A DNA stretch of 63,391 nucleotides, counting the filler, from Choristocarpus tenellus KU-1152 (Eukaryota; Protista; Phaeophyceae): NCBI GenBank assembly GCA_964200185.2. It is 13 parts of 13 records of this genome, joined end to end, with 100 filler letters (N's around TTAATTAATTAA, not from the genome) between each part and the next. Parts side by side here need not be neighbours in the genome. Positions count along the whole stretch, not along the records: positions 31,229 to 43,801 come from CAXNAD020001781.1; positions 43,902 to 52,408 come from CAXNAD020004636.1; 11 more parts are not named here. One strand, 5' to 3'. Below the pieces are notes generated by a model. The model was not told the origin of the DNA and made no database searches. It saw only the letters and a list, made by a program, of their open reading frames with translations. The position numbers were made by a program, and so were the translations under genes. Positions 38,301 through 51,127 of the stretch are shown piece after piece (position 1 is the first letter of the stretch; every line of letters starts with the position of its first letter).

Positions 38301-40434
38301 ACGATCATAGGTAGGGCCCCAAGGTCTACAAGGGTCATTGGGGGTCTACACCACGAGGCAATTAAGATCATAAAAAATACAAACAGAAGGTACAAAGCAA
38401 AACAAAGGCATACCTCTCACATCTTGATGCTTATTGAGGCCTCTACTGTGCATATATTACGCAAGCCTATTTTTCATTTCCTCAACAATATCAAACACTT
38501 GGGAGTGACCTTCACAACTATGCATTTCACGACTCAGTTTGATGTAAGAAGGGTTGGGTAGGATGGGGAAGGCACCTGCGGTAACTCCAAGTGATCCACG
38601 GGCTTCCCAGTCAGAGCGACCACCTTGCATAAATCACATGCAGTATATCAATGAGCACAGAGAGAGTAAAGAAGGAAGCAGTTGTGGACAGGAGAGGGAT
38701 GGATTTCTTTGTACAGGCAAGGGACAGAATAAATCCTTTTGTGAAGGGCAAGACAAGGCAAGCACTTCTCTGGGTTGATAACATTCAACCACAAAACAAA
38801 CGGGACACAAACCAACATGCAACACACACGAACCTACTACAAGACCTCAAAAACCATGCTCAAAAGCGATACAATCGTCTCCCCACCCTTAACCACTTCC
38901 ACCAAGTCAAGGAAGAGAGATCTTATTGTGAAACAATTGAGGCATAGGCAACTACAAGGCAAAGATCAACACAATCCTCCTGTCCCCTACCCACCCAGTC
39001 AAAGACTCACCTTGGAGCACACCGAGGGAAGATCCTCTCTGGCTAGAAAGCATGAACTACTGGTTCGACTGGCACTCACTTCCCCGGCCCCCTGCCCCAC
39101 CACTGGGCTCACCACCATGTAATTTTGTGCCAGCACCATGAGGGCTTCGCATTCTGCAGCTGTAAAGAAATCATTTACTATGAACACTGGGGGAATATCC
39201 ACAAGCTTTTGCAAGCCTGGATACGCCTATAGTGATATATCGAGGCGAGAGTCAGAAGCAAAGAATTTGATGGGGGTGGGGAGGGGGGAGTGTGCAGGAA
39301 AGGTTTGCAAATAGGCATGTTATGCTAATTGGTGGATAAATGAACAGAAACATGCAGGGCAGACATTATCCCCCCTTTTTTTTGCCATACTGCTTTAAAA
39401 TGTGCTACTACACAGTACATCAAAAACAAGAAAAATATGTGAGTGCTCAAACCACACTGGTGACATCAGTACTGTTCAAGTCAATAACAGTTTTAGGTTG
39501 CAGTCACTTCCTTTTCCTCTTGACACTCCTATCACTTTTCGCCCTGCCAACTGCTTCCCCAAGTAGTTTCACTGCCTATTCGATGTCTGAACATATACAC
39601 ACAAACATATATATATGTATCCTGTTCCAATAGACCTCCCTGTTTTGATAGGACCAGAAATCACATTCCTCACCCCAAAAAATGCGCCCCAGTAACTACA
39701 ATAAAATCCCACTTGTGAACGTACTTGTATCAGAGAACCCCAACCAGGTCTTCCTGATTTGTCCCTCTTCACCCTGTCCAAGCCACTGCCCCCATTGCGT
39801 TGCCCAGGGTGATTCAACTTCAGCTCACCAGGTTGAGCTGGAGGTAGGGTCCTCCTTGACTCGTAGTGGGGAAACCGTTGGGTGGGAGTGGAGTCAACAG
39901 GGGCCTGGGAACTACTGACCCCATCATCCACTGCTGTTCCATGCGCGTAGGAGCAAGCCCCACAGATTGGGGGGGTGGATAGAAGATGGGACCAGATTCT
40001 GAAGCAATTGGAGCAGTCAACTGCTGCATCTGGTGCCCATGAGCCTTGGAAGGACCAAGTGCCAAAGTTGGCTGGGATGAAACTGATAATCCAGACACAG
40101 GGACTGCTGGTCCAAGCATTGGCTGAATTGGCATCATTGCAGGGTTATTCCACTGCGTAGTTTGTGAGGTTGTGGGCAAAGATGCCACTGAAGCAGGTGT
40201 GGCAACCCCAGGTTGCCAAGGCCCACAGTCATGGTGGTAGCCAGACTGGTGACCATTGCCATATTGCCCAACTCCTCCATGCCCAACAAATGCAGTCTGC
40301 TGCATTTGAGTCTGCTGTGCATGCTGTTGCTGTAGGTGGGTGTATTGTTTGTGTGCCAGTTCCATCTCTTGGTACTGCTGCATAGTCCCTGCATGACCAT
40401 TCTCAAAGGGCTGCAAGGGTTGACCTTCCTGTCC
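35302..40434 (-). CDS. Prolyl 4-hydroxylase-type 2OG-Fe(II) dioxygenase with Gln/Pro-rich N-terminus; exons 40434-39829, 39226-39011, 38623-38576, 37325-37133, 35462-35302 (start exon not resolved)
   Basis: All junctions are GT-AG and phase-consistent: ...YLQLNL|AYPGLQKLVDIPPVFIVNDFFTAAECEAL..SRTSSSCFL..CSK|VVALTGKPVDHLELPQ|VGRY..QQYANHWDAF..GGQRVCTVLVYLNDV..GGCTCFP..PKR|GMAVVFFP..ALHAAEPAVETKWVSQIWIRQ..*. HxD...H iron ligands and the 2OG-binding Lys are intact. Confidence 0.93.
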
Positions 40435-42854
40435 CTAGAAAGCAAGGTTGGGATGGGAATTAGGAGGTGGGGAATGGGGGGGTAATGTGTTTGGTTGACC
40501 ACTAGTGTAAGAGCTGAGGGGGGATTTCATAGGAGGAATCAGAGTAGTAGGTTTGCCTATATTGATGCATGATTGGTTCAGGTTCAGGTTCAGCCAAGAG
40601 GAAGAAGGAGGTTACATCTACACCTAGTTCAAGTTCCACTCACAGTGCAACCTTGCCATTGTACGCTTGTGCGCTCCCCGGCAAGGCCGCCTGTTGGCAA
40701 AGATATGGATGTGAACAATGAGAGCAAAGATTGAGTTCTTGAACCCGATGGAAATGTGGACAGGTGTGGGGACGGAGTTGGAAAAGAAAGGGATATATAA
40801 TTTATCTAACCATGGATTTGTTGCTGAAAATCTATTTGTCCCCTTCCATGCCCACTCTCCAGATGTCCAACAACACGAATTTCGAGGACATCGCTGCATA
40901 CGCAGCAAGGTATATCGATTTTATTCACTGTAGTCACACCACGTCCAATACTCCTCATCTTTAGAATAATGAAATTTGCAGATGGCATGTACTATTTTGA
41001 ATAATTTATCTTGTATTCTTGCAACCACTCATTACACAAGAGTGAGTGTTATCCCAAGTGATTTCCATACCAACTCTGGCGTACCAAACATAGCAGTGAG
41101 GAGTAGAACAAAACATGTACCAGATAAACTTCTGATCTCTCCTGGAAGCAAACATGGTTTGGTAACTTTAATCAGAAAGTGACAAGGCGTCCTGAAAAAC
41201 ATGCCCAATCGCAAAACACACAGCATTTTTAAGGTTCAGGAGGAACCACTACCCGGTGCAATTGTAGCATGAACGATACAGTATTAATGTCGCTCCGATT
41301 GTAGGGGTAGTATTTTGCACTCCATGTTATTGTTTTGGTGCAGCAAAATTGTGAAGGTCACATGCAGGTATCAATCAGGTTGGGAGGAGAGTATAGAGGG
41401 CCAGAGAGGGTATTTCTCTCCGAGACTTCTAGGTGTCAGCAAATACTCAAAACACTATTGCTATGGGTGTGTGTGCTAGGATTAAAAAAATCTTAGATCG
41501 CATATGATCGCAACCACTATATGGGAGAAATATCGCTTATGAAAACTAAGGCACTGCGCCTGTAGTCGTTGTGAGAGTGAAAAATAACCTACACACCTGA
41601 GATGGGGCCCCGTCCCGCCAAAAAGGAGGGTTGCCTTGATCAGGAAAGTTGCGAGAAGATGATATCATGTTTGTAGTGGACAGAGCAGGAGTTGAATACC
41701 TGCTCATAGCCATAGACAAAATAACAGAACTGGTTACGTTAAATTTAACTGGACGAGCGTAAGTTGGAACTCCCAACCCCAGTCCCAACCTCACTTTAGT
41801 TTGTTGTGGTGAGGGGAAAACTAAAAAAACACATAAATCCCACCACTTGAAATTTCGATGGCGTTCTGTGTTTACATGTTGGATGAAATAATAAAATTAA
41901 ACAAAATGTGGTATTATATTATTACTAATTTTTGACACACCTGGAAAATGTCAGATGTGGTAATAATATATGTAGGGCCAATAACGACATACGTATAGTT
42001 TTCATTGGTTTCCCCCCTGACACATCTGAAAAATGTCATAGGGCATAATAATAAAATATATATATATATTATTATAATAAAATATCCTATATTGTAATAT
42101 TTTGCAATAACAATTAACATATCATTCCTTACATGTTCCATGGTACATTAAGGAGGTAACTGGACATGAAAAAGTCTTCAAAAAGTCGTTATTCAGATTC
42201 GTTGAAGCTGCACGTAATCTGTCCATCAACCAAAAAAATCTTAACCGTTTAAGGAACATTTTTGTCGAGATGTACCTCATCTTGTCGAAATCGAAAAAAT
42301 GTGTTAACTTTCCTGTATTATTTTCCCCATTGTCCATCTAATCTTGTCCAAATCTCAACGTAGGCAATGATTACGGTTTGAGGAACGTTTTAGAAGTGTT
42401 GGTAAGAAGTTCAGCAGCAAGAGTAACAAAAAAAATGCAGTGCATGTGTGTTTCAAGTATTGATACGATAGTCTTGTGAACACAAACGGGAGACAAGTGG
42501 TTGGGGGGGCAAACGATGCTGTTGATATTCCTGGAGCACAACGCATTAGTGGAAGTAGTGTTGATGGAGGTTACATAGATATCGGAACTTGTAGTGGAGG
42601 GAGCATTGGCGATATATATTCCACGAGGTCTCTTAGCCTGGGTTTGCTCACCAGCACTGGGAATCCACTTTTGTCTGCAGTTTTCCCTTGTGCACTGGCT
42701 TCTTCCGTGTGGGTGGCCATGTGGCAGAGTCAACATGTAGGTCGCGTGTAGGGACCTTTGCAACCCCCTTGTTTGATCTTAAATGCGCCTTGAGTAAGTC
42801 CCCATTCAAGAACAAACTTTGGCACGTGACCTGCCAGGTTCATGTCCCGCAAAA

Positions 42855-43114
42855 GAGCCTAATTATATTAGAGGGTAGATCCTCGTCCATTTGGGGGCCA
42901 AAATCTAATGCTGCGATTTTGATGTAATTTTGGTTATCATATTTGTTAGGAAATGTCAATATCCTTGTTCCAGACACACCTTTTCATAACGTATACATTT
43001 GATCTAATCCGAAACATTTTGGGATAGGAAAATGTAAAAAAAAGAGACCATGGAAAGCCAAGTCCCAAATGGACAAAGAGGGAAAAACTCGTACCCTCTA
43101 AAATACTTTCGCTC
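42855..43114 (+). mobile_element. MITE family A, full copy
   Basis: ttagagggta ... taccctctaaaatactttcgctc with conserved interior. Confidence 0.85.
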
Positions 43115-43246
43115 TACACTGCCCGCACATGGTGACATGGGAGTCCATTTCTTCGGGGAAATTGGCACTCCCACTCAGTTGTGTGTGGCTCTCTCTGTTG
43201 TGCCACACTGCAACCTCGTAAATGCGGCTAGATCCAGCACCTCCCT

Positions 43247-43417
43247 GACTTAAAGGATCTGGTGGGGGTCTCCACCACGGAGTCCATTCAGCCCCTGACT
43301 AGGAGAAGTGCACTTACATTGTCCTTCCAACGCTTGCAACCAAATCACCCAAAAATCGCGACAGAGAAAAATGAACCCCGAATGGACAGCCACCACCCCC
43401 ACCAAATATTTTGAGCC
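43247..43417 (+). mobile_element. MITE family B, most complete copy (~170 bp)
   Basis: gacttaaaggatctggtggggg ... cccccaccaaatattttgagcc. End fragments also occur at 31229-31248, 43760-43801, 51128-51210, 51266-51328, 52343-52408, 56023-56043 and 60380-60422. Confidence 0.75.
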
Positions 43418-43901
43418 CTTACACTTTACCTTGGTTGGGAGAGTACCTGAGCACAATACATCTTTGTAGCACAGGGCAAGCAACATTGAGATGGGGACAT
43501 AATAAAAGGGGATTCGTGGAATGCTAAAGCGTGATTTCATTAGCAGCAAGCATTGCACATTAAAATTGTATGCTTACACCGCTCCAAAGAAATCAAATGT
43601 TAAGATGAGGCGTGAGGAAAGGGAAAAGGAACCAAACAAGAAATTCTGAAGCCTAACTTGCTTAGGAGGTAATTGTATTTTGTTCGTTCCTCAAACCATT
43701 ACCACCTTAACGTCTTTGAAGTCTGAAACAGTGTTTCTGGTGCTTCTACAGACAGGAGAGGCTGAAAGTATCTGGGAGGGGGTGGCGGCTGTCCATTTGG
43801 GNNNNNNNNNNNNNNNNNNNNNNNNNNNNNNNNNNNNNNNNNNNNTTAATTAATTAANNNNNNNNNNNNNNNNNNNNNNNNNNNNNNNNNNNNNNNNNNN
43901 N

Positions 43902-44572
43902 GGGGGTGGTAAGCATCAGGACGGGGGGGGTAGTAGAGGAGTTCCTAACACCTGAGGCAGTTGCGTTGCTGATGTTGTTTATGCAGCTCTCTCCGCTTGA
44001 GTCCACATTCCGGATGATCTCCTCTGAAGTGGTCTTTAGGCTAGAGGGGATGTCAATGACTGAAGATTGTTCGCTGGGAGTAACTGCAATTTTCACGCTA
44101 GCCTCGCTACTCCAATGCCAGGGTGGGTATTGGATACTCCTGTTGAATGTCTCCAACAACGCACCTTCATCCTCTTCTTCTTGATACTCCTCCTTTGCCA
44201 CCCTATTGCCATTTCCTACCCCGTTCGATTCCTTCTCTCCTTTGTTGTGGAGGAACGGACCTGCTAGTGTTTCGCCAATATGCACTGGAGGGATGACGAA
44301 TGTAGTAATCACATCACTAACAATCTCCTCCTTTTCTACCCCAGTTGCCCCATTCGAGACTTTCGAAACTTCTTTAGTATCACACACTGGGAGAACACTA
44401 TCCAGTGAACTAGGCTCAGGTTCAATTCCGATGGTTTCCTTAGGGGATCCAAGTAGCTTCTCCCCAGGCTCCCATCTTGAGGGATTGTTTGAAGTTGGTG
44501 GGGACGGTCTCGGAATCCTTGCTGATGCAGTTAGGGCAAGTTGGGCGGTTTTCCAGTCGGGGCAATGAGCTT

Positions 44573-44621
<49 letters not shown>

Positions 44622-45610
44622 GTGCATTTATGCAGACTGATATCACGGATTTCAATTGAGAGGGGACATTAGAGCTCAGAACGCACTCAGAGCAGTTGTA
44701 AATTCTTCCTTGCAAAAGCTATGAAGAGGACACTATACTTCCTTCACAACTGCAAACTAGGTTTGGCGTGGATGCATACTCGAAAAACCATTTAGTTAGG
44801 GGTATGATTGTTGCTAATCTATGAAACGAGGGGGTTGCACACAGTCTGCTTTTCGAGGGAGCTAGTGGCCCAAAAGACATTGGGATGTGGGCGTGGAGGA
44901 ATATTGCAGGGGGAAAGGAACATAGTTTCATATGGCATGTTTATTGCTCTGTTGTCATATGAAACCATACCTTACAACTTCGAACAAAAACAAGAGTTTG
45001 GTATCATTGCGATCAAAGAGAAACGTTCTTCTCCTATGCTATGGATGCAGCTACAAACCTGTCACGCACCTTCTTGAGATGTAGACGAGAAGCTCTTAGA
45101 AGAGGTTGGATCTGAAGGTGAGTCCCGTCCTTGAGCTGTTACCAACATGACCTTCCGCGTGGAGTTGAAGTCATGGCCCCTACTCCCCTCGAGGAAGAGA
45201 CCGTCTTCAGAGGGTGATGGAGGACGAGGTGGAGGACGCCGGAAACCACGAGCTCCGCGATAGGAAAGATTCAATGCTAGGGGTGGGCCAACTTTTGCAG
45301 CACAAAACTTTGGAGCGTGGAATAACGGTCGGTTCATCACACTACCTTGCACCTCACCATCACACTCCAGATTGGTTTCCCGTGTAAGCTCACCCTCCGA
45401 CTCCCGAGGGTTACTGAAAATATCTGAGCCCACTTCCGAGAAAGAGGATTCATCAGAGGCATAGTCAGAGAAACGTTCCTCCCCAGCCGCTGAGATGATG
45501 CTGGCTGTTCTTCGAAGGTCCTCGAATCTGTGCACGTGAGAGAAATCGCTCCACATTGCTGGAAGATCATCTCCACTGTGTGATATTCCCGACATGGTGC
45601 TCTGTACCAT
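43902..45610 (-). CDS. Uncharacterised Ser/Glu/Pro-rich protein, probable exons ~45610-45070 and 44569-<43902
   Basis: Two long ORFs (182 and 257 aa). Donor GAA G|gtgcgt and acceptor taaag|CT are phase-1 compatible. No domain recognised; start uncertain. Confidence 0.5.
44576..44619. repeat. (AT)n microsatellite
   Basis: Direct reading of the sequence. Confidence 0.95.
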
Positions 45611-48600
45611 ATCCTTCCCAAGTCCTTCCCAAGTTGTGGAAAAACGATTTCAGCCCTTATCACTTGGTAGATGGGTCAGATCGAGGTCGCCACCTTGACA
45701 GTTCAAAAGATAGTGGATTCCTTTGCCCCTCCTCCAAATCTGTACACAGGCCCGCTCCGTTAGCTCGTGCGGATATGTTGACCAATGCAAGTCCCTTCCT
45801 GTTACGGGGAGGGAACAGTGTGAGTGCACCCTCTACTTGCAGTTGTTCTCTCTTCTCCTTTGAGTAAGTTGAATTTGGTGACTAGAGGCACGAAGTATGT
45901 GGTGGCCGAGGTAAACACAGTCGTCTACACGGAGAATCAACACATACTCAGCGATCCCCTAGGTGATCAAGATGGCACTACACATGGTGGGCTGATGAGA
46001 GGCAGCGACCAAGTGAATCAGAGATCTCGGGTTCAATGCAGTACTACAGCATCTACATATGTGGAAACTGGTAAGATAGATACATTGATGGATTCGGGAC
46101 ATTATCCGGTGAAATGGTCAACGGTGGTTCCAGGGTCATGAATGTGTATACTAAATGGAAAACAAGGAAAAAATCGATCATGAAGAAGTTAGAACAGAAA
46201 ATAACCACAACATTTTCTTCAATATGATATGGAATACGAAACAAGTTCTTTATCGAGAGGTTATGGTTAGTTGTTGTGTTGCATGTGATCGTTTTGAAGG
46301 GAATAGAGGAAGAAAGATTAAAGAGTGAAGAGTGAACGAAACATAAAAATGCCCCAAGAATTTTTCAATTCTTCATCGATATTTGTAGACATGACCCCAA
46401 ACCTCTACAAACAAATCTCTTGTCTGATATTATTGTTTGGTCTAAGAAAAAGTCCGGGAGGATCTAATCTGGTAATACGACGCTGATATATGAAACATGT
46501 ATGAGGAACAAAGCCATCTTTTTTGGGGTCTTCCATATTCATTTCGATCGAGCGCGCAGTCATATCCATTTGCGCGCAGCACCTTTAGTCTCAATGTGGG
46601 TGATGTGATGGGGGTCAAACGCACGACCATCTCAAATAATGATGGATGTAAACAGGAACATGTTTTCTGTTCCAACGATTGGTCCACATCATACTTTGAC
46701 TTTGTCAACATACAGTCCTCCTGCATACCTCATTCTATTCTCTTGCTTTCTGAAACTCATCTATGGTGGTTCACATCAACCCCTATCGCATAGAACCAGG
46801 TCCCATAACAGTGGTACTTACGCTGATTTGTGTTGCCGGGTCACCAGAGATGTACGGCCACGCCACCATGGTGGACAAGAAGAAAGCTCAACCAACTCAA
46901 AAAGGTTGTTGACTTTGGTCAGAAAACCGAGCCGACTTGGAGAGATAAAGCACAACCAACCAGGGAAGCGTAGATTGAGAGGGAGGATAATCCAATATCC
47001 CGAAACTTGCAGACCCTGAGCCCCCTCAAAGGGCAAGTACACCCTTGGCGGTTCGCTTGGACATGAGGGAGGTGTCACAATGGCTGGGGGACGGCCTTTG
47101 ACGTAACCAGGACCAGACCTGGCATCATCGTTGGTCGAAGATTATGAGGAAAACAAGGAGTGGGGGTTCGATATCCAGGGCAAATTCTTCATTCAAGTCC
47201 GAGTTGTCGTGTAAGTCTAAGGCAGTTGGGGAGTTGGGGAGTTAGGAGGTCAGCCTCAACGACCCTTGCAAGGATAAACCAGCAACGGATAAGATGAGTA
47301 TATTGACACACCCTCCCCACCCAAGTCACATTCCCTGGGGCTATGTACTCGAACAGTTGATCATGAAAATCTTTCTTACAAAGGCTTACACCCCCATGTG
47401 TTCTGGAACACAGGATTTTGTTCTATTCCCCTATTATTGCCAAATTTAAAAAATGGGTTAGCCCTTTTCCTCGTGAGTACATCTGCAACAACCTCAAAGA
47501 GCATGCGATTAGTCCACTTTTTATCGGCGATCGAAACATGTACTAACCTGCCAGATATCTCTATTATACCTTGTTGAACTATCCCACACTGGACCCGTGG
47601 CTTTTATGGTGCTTTAATCAAGGACAAAGAACACCTTGATGTAGTTGAGAAAAGTTAACATTATATGGGACCTTGTGGTTTCGATTCCGCCGACTGAGCA
47701 TATGGATGAGACTAGACTAAACTACCATTATTATTTTTTTAGTGGGGGATTTGTAATCGTCCACACTAATTTACTATGAATTACTTATTTACTTATCTTA
47801 AGTATAGGAAGTGTATCTTGAACATGATATAAAAACCAATCAACATTATGAGCCAGTACATATGATACATCTGTCACTGGCTCTCCATCCTATTATCTAA
47901 TCCAGGGGTGGTGTCTACGTGTATCAGCAGCACTATCTACGAACATCCCTCCCATGAACCCCGATAGGATAACATAAGACCATGGGAGGACAGAGTTAGA
48001 GGAATGAAAGTATTTCGGAATGCCCTACTAATTCTGTTTCCCAGACTTATTAAGTATATTCTTTCATAATGTTGGTACAAGTAAAATTTAAATCATGACT
48101 CAACCTCCCTTGGGTGCTAAATTTTATCTCGCCCTATAAGAGCTCCTACATATGCGAATAATGTCCCCTTTTTGAAGATCACTGTTGGTACTGCTGCTGA
48201 CATTCCAGTGGTATCACTCAGATAGATGCATACTCACCCTACCCTTTGCAAGACACCCATTCGGGAGATTTATAAAGGGAACAGGTGGTAGACCTTTGTT
48301 CATGATTTTATTCAATTCTTGCAACTTGGGAGACTTATTGATGCCTGTCCAAGCAGTAGTCATACTTAACTTGGGAGTGGATAAATTTCTATTGGATAAC
48401 GGCACCATGTCAGCTTTTGGGGCAGTCCTATATTGGGACTTACGGGAAGTGTTATTTAAAGACAGTGATATATATATTCCATCAAGATTCACAAGATCCT
48501 ACCAATTCCCATCTCTTCCCCCCGATACATTTTTGTCAGGCTGAAAATCCACCACGACATGTTTCAATTTCAGTTATCACATCTTAGTTTACCACATTTG

Positions 48601-49329
48601 CACATGCAACTAATGAAAAATTTACCTTACCCCTGGCACGGAAACACTTGTTCCAGCTTGTTCCCAGGCCCTTTGAGGAATGGCTACTGATGCTGTTGTA
48701 GAACCTATACTCAAAACTCACACATATCTTAGGCAAGAGGAAGACTTATATACTGGCAACATATTCTGGTCAGCTGAATCCTCATTGTTTATGCAGATGA
48801 TAGAGGGTGTTTGGTCAGAATTGCCAATTTATCTATCAAAGGGGTCAAACTATCTGCAATTTTTTGCAGTCAGTCATGTCTCCCCTGTGTCACATACACA
48901 TTCATTCAAAGATATCATGCGGCACCAATAATATGTACACGACCTTACCTGCCAATGAGTAAACGATATGGAAAAGTAGGATATTGTAAAACCTGCTAAG
49001 CCTTGCATCGCTGTTGCCATTGTTGCGGAATGTGACATTTTCCGCGTTTTGTGTGGATTTTGGAGGAACCATTAAAAAACGTTTGATACATACCTCATGC
49101 TTTCTACGATCCATGAAAGAGTGTCCAATCATATTGGGAAGTTTGAAATATTTGCCTTGCCTAGGTATTCAACCTGTCTATTGGTAATTACCGATATCTG
49201 AGGAACATGGACGAAAAAAACTACCTTCTTCATGTCAGATGGGAATTATGAGTTTCAGAGTTTGGTGTACAAAATGCACTGTGGATCTTCCAAACATCTT
49301 CATGTTTGAAACTCTTTCTACAATTGGTC

Positions 49330-50890
49330 CTAGCTCTCGGTTGTTGGTGTATTTAGATTATGTTGTTTTGGCCTCTCCATCTTGGGCACACCATAAACAG
49401 TTAATCACTACATTACTGTCAACCTTACAAACTGCGGGGGTTACATCAAAGTCATCCAAGGCTCGATTTGGCTCAAAGCAAATCCAGTATTGGGGACATT
49501 ATGTTAGTCCACAAGGAACATCTATATCACAAGCTCGTATTCAATCTACTTTAGAAATGCTTCCCCCCCAAACGGTGAAAGGCTTACAATCTTTCTTATA
49601 TTCTATGTACTTCGTCAGGAAATAAATTCTTCACCTAGCAACTGCGACAGAACTGTTAGTGGAATTGATTCGCCATATACAATAGGAAAAAATATATATA
49701 TGAAAAAAAAAAATCGGCGTATTACCCCAAAGAAACCACGAAGTATAAAGAGTGAAAGTCGATCAAGATGGAATCAACCGCAACAAACTGTTTTTTACAA
49801 GTGCGAATGACTTATAACCATGGCTCCACTTCTAAACTCTCCTGATTTTTCTACGGAAATTTCTTACACATGTAGATACTAGTAAACATGGGGACAGGGG
49901 CGTTCTTGCCCCATAAAAAGGCTGATGGTAATTCGACACTGGAGACCATACATATGAAGTAAACATATCACAGTTATTCGTAATCATTCAGCCTTACGGT
50001 GCCTGCATCCTATGCATGACACATCCAATCTGTTAACTCGATGGTCACTTGCTCTCCAAAGTTTTGATTTTACTGTCCTACATAAACCTGGCAGACTACG
50101 TTATATCCCAGTGATGTTGTCGCATCCTCCATTGAAAGAGTCCTGTAAACACAATCTGAGTCAGCACCCCAACCCTCGCTGTCTTCAGGTGGGAGCAGAA
50201 ACCATAAATGCAACTTCTCAAGCAAGGTATATCCTGCCCATGAATTGTCTATGGATAAATTGGGTGAAATCACCAGAGTGCCAATTGATCCTGATCCCCT
50301 CGTTAGCTCCATCAATGTTTTTCCAGTAATTGATACTGAAGTTCTAGTCAAAGTAAAACATGATCGGATTGGAACATATTTGCAATACCTGGCAGACCCT
50401 AGTAATGCAACATTACCCAATAAGGAAACAGCCTACACCATGTCATATTTTTTTCGCACAACAGGGAGAGAGAGTGAGAGAATATATTCTAATGGTATTG
50501 ATCTAATCCAGTCATCTCCATATGAAAGGAGAAGTTCGTGATCGATTGGTGGCCCCAATGGAAGTCCAGGGATAAATTTTGCATGCCCTACAAGACGATA
50601 GAGTTGCAGGTCATCTTGCTTTCAACCACTAATTTGACCGTGTAAGAGACAGATTTTGGTGGCCTGTCTTACATAAAGATGTTAGGAAGTGATGTGAAAA
50701 TTGCTAGTCATCTCAGAGATGGAAGACCACCTATTCTCCCACTCCATTACCTACAGGACATACGTCTATGACACGTCCATTCCAATGGCTTGCTATTGAA
50801 CTAGTTCGATGTAAGTCCACGTCAGATGGCGCAAAATATATGTGTTATCTGCTGTGGACCATCTTACAATATTCTTTGATACTGCAAGGT
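49330..50890 (+). mobile_element. Decayed Ty3/gypsy pol (RT - RNase H - integrase)
   Basis: LLVYLDYVV (YLDD-like)...KARFG..IQYWGHYVS...PPQTVKGLQSFL; LTRWSLALQSFDFTVLHKPG; ILHALQDDRVAGHLAF..RVRDRFWWPVLHKDVRK*CENC...RPFQWLAIEL. Gypsy domain order, with many stops and frameshifts. Confidence 0.88.
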
Positions 50891-50896
50891 AATCAA

Positions 50897-51127
50897 GAAA
50901 AAAAGTAGCGTAGAGGGTAGGAGTTTTGCCCTGTTTGTCCGTTTGTGGCTTGGCTTCCCACCGGTTTTGAATGACATTTTACCTACTCCGAAATTACATT
51001 ATGAAAGGTGTGTCCAGAACAAGGATATTGACCCTTCCTAACAAACACGATACCCAAAATTACATCAAAATTGGAACAGTGGATTTTGGCCCCCAAACGG
51101 ACGCGGCTCTACACTCTTAAGGTACTC
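50897..51127 (-). mobile_element. MITE family A copy, abutting a family B fragment
   Basis: Reverse-complement match to family A; it truncates the gypsy integrase relic. Confidence 0.8.

Noticed and set aside
46800-48700. Possible retroelement relic upstream of the gypsy pol
   Set aside because: Only short broken ORFs and no diagnostic gag, protease or RT motif.
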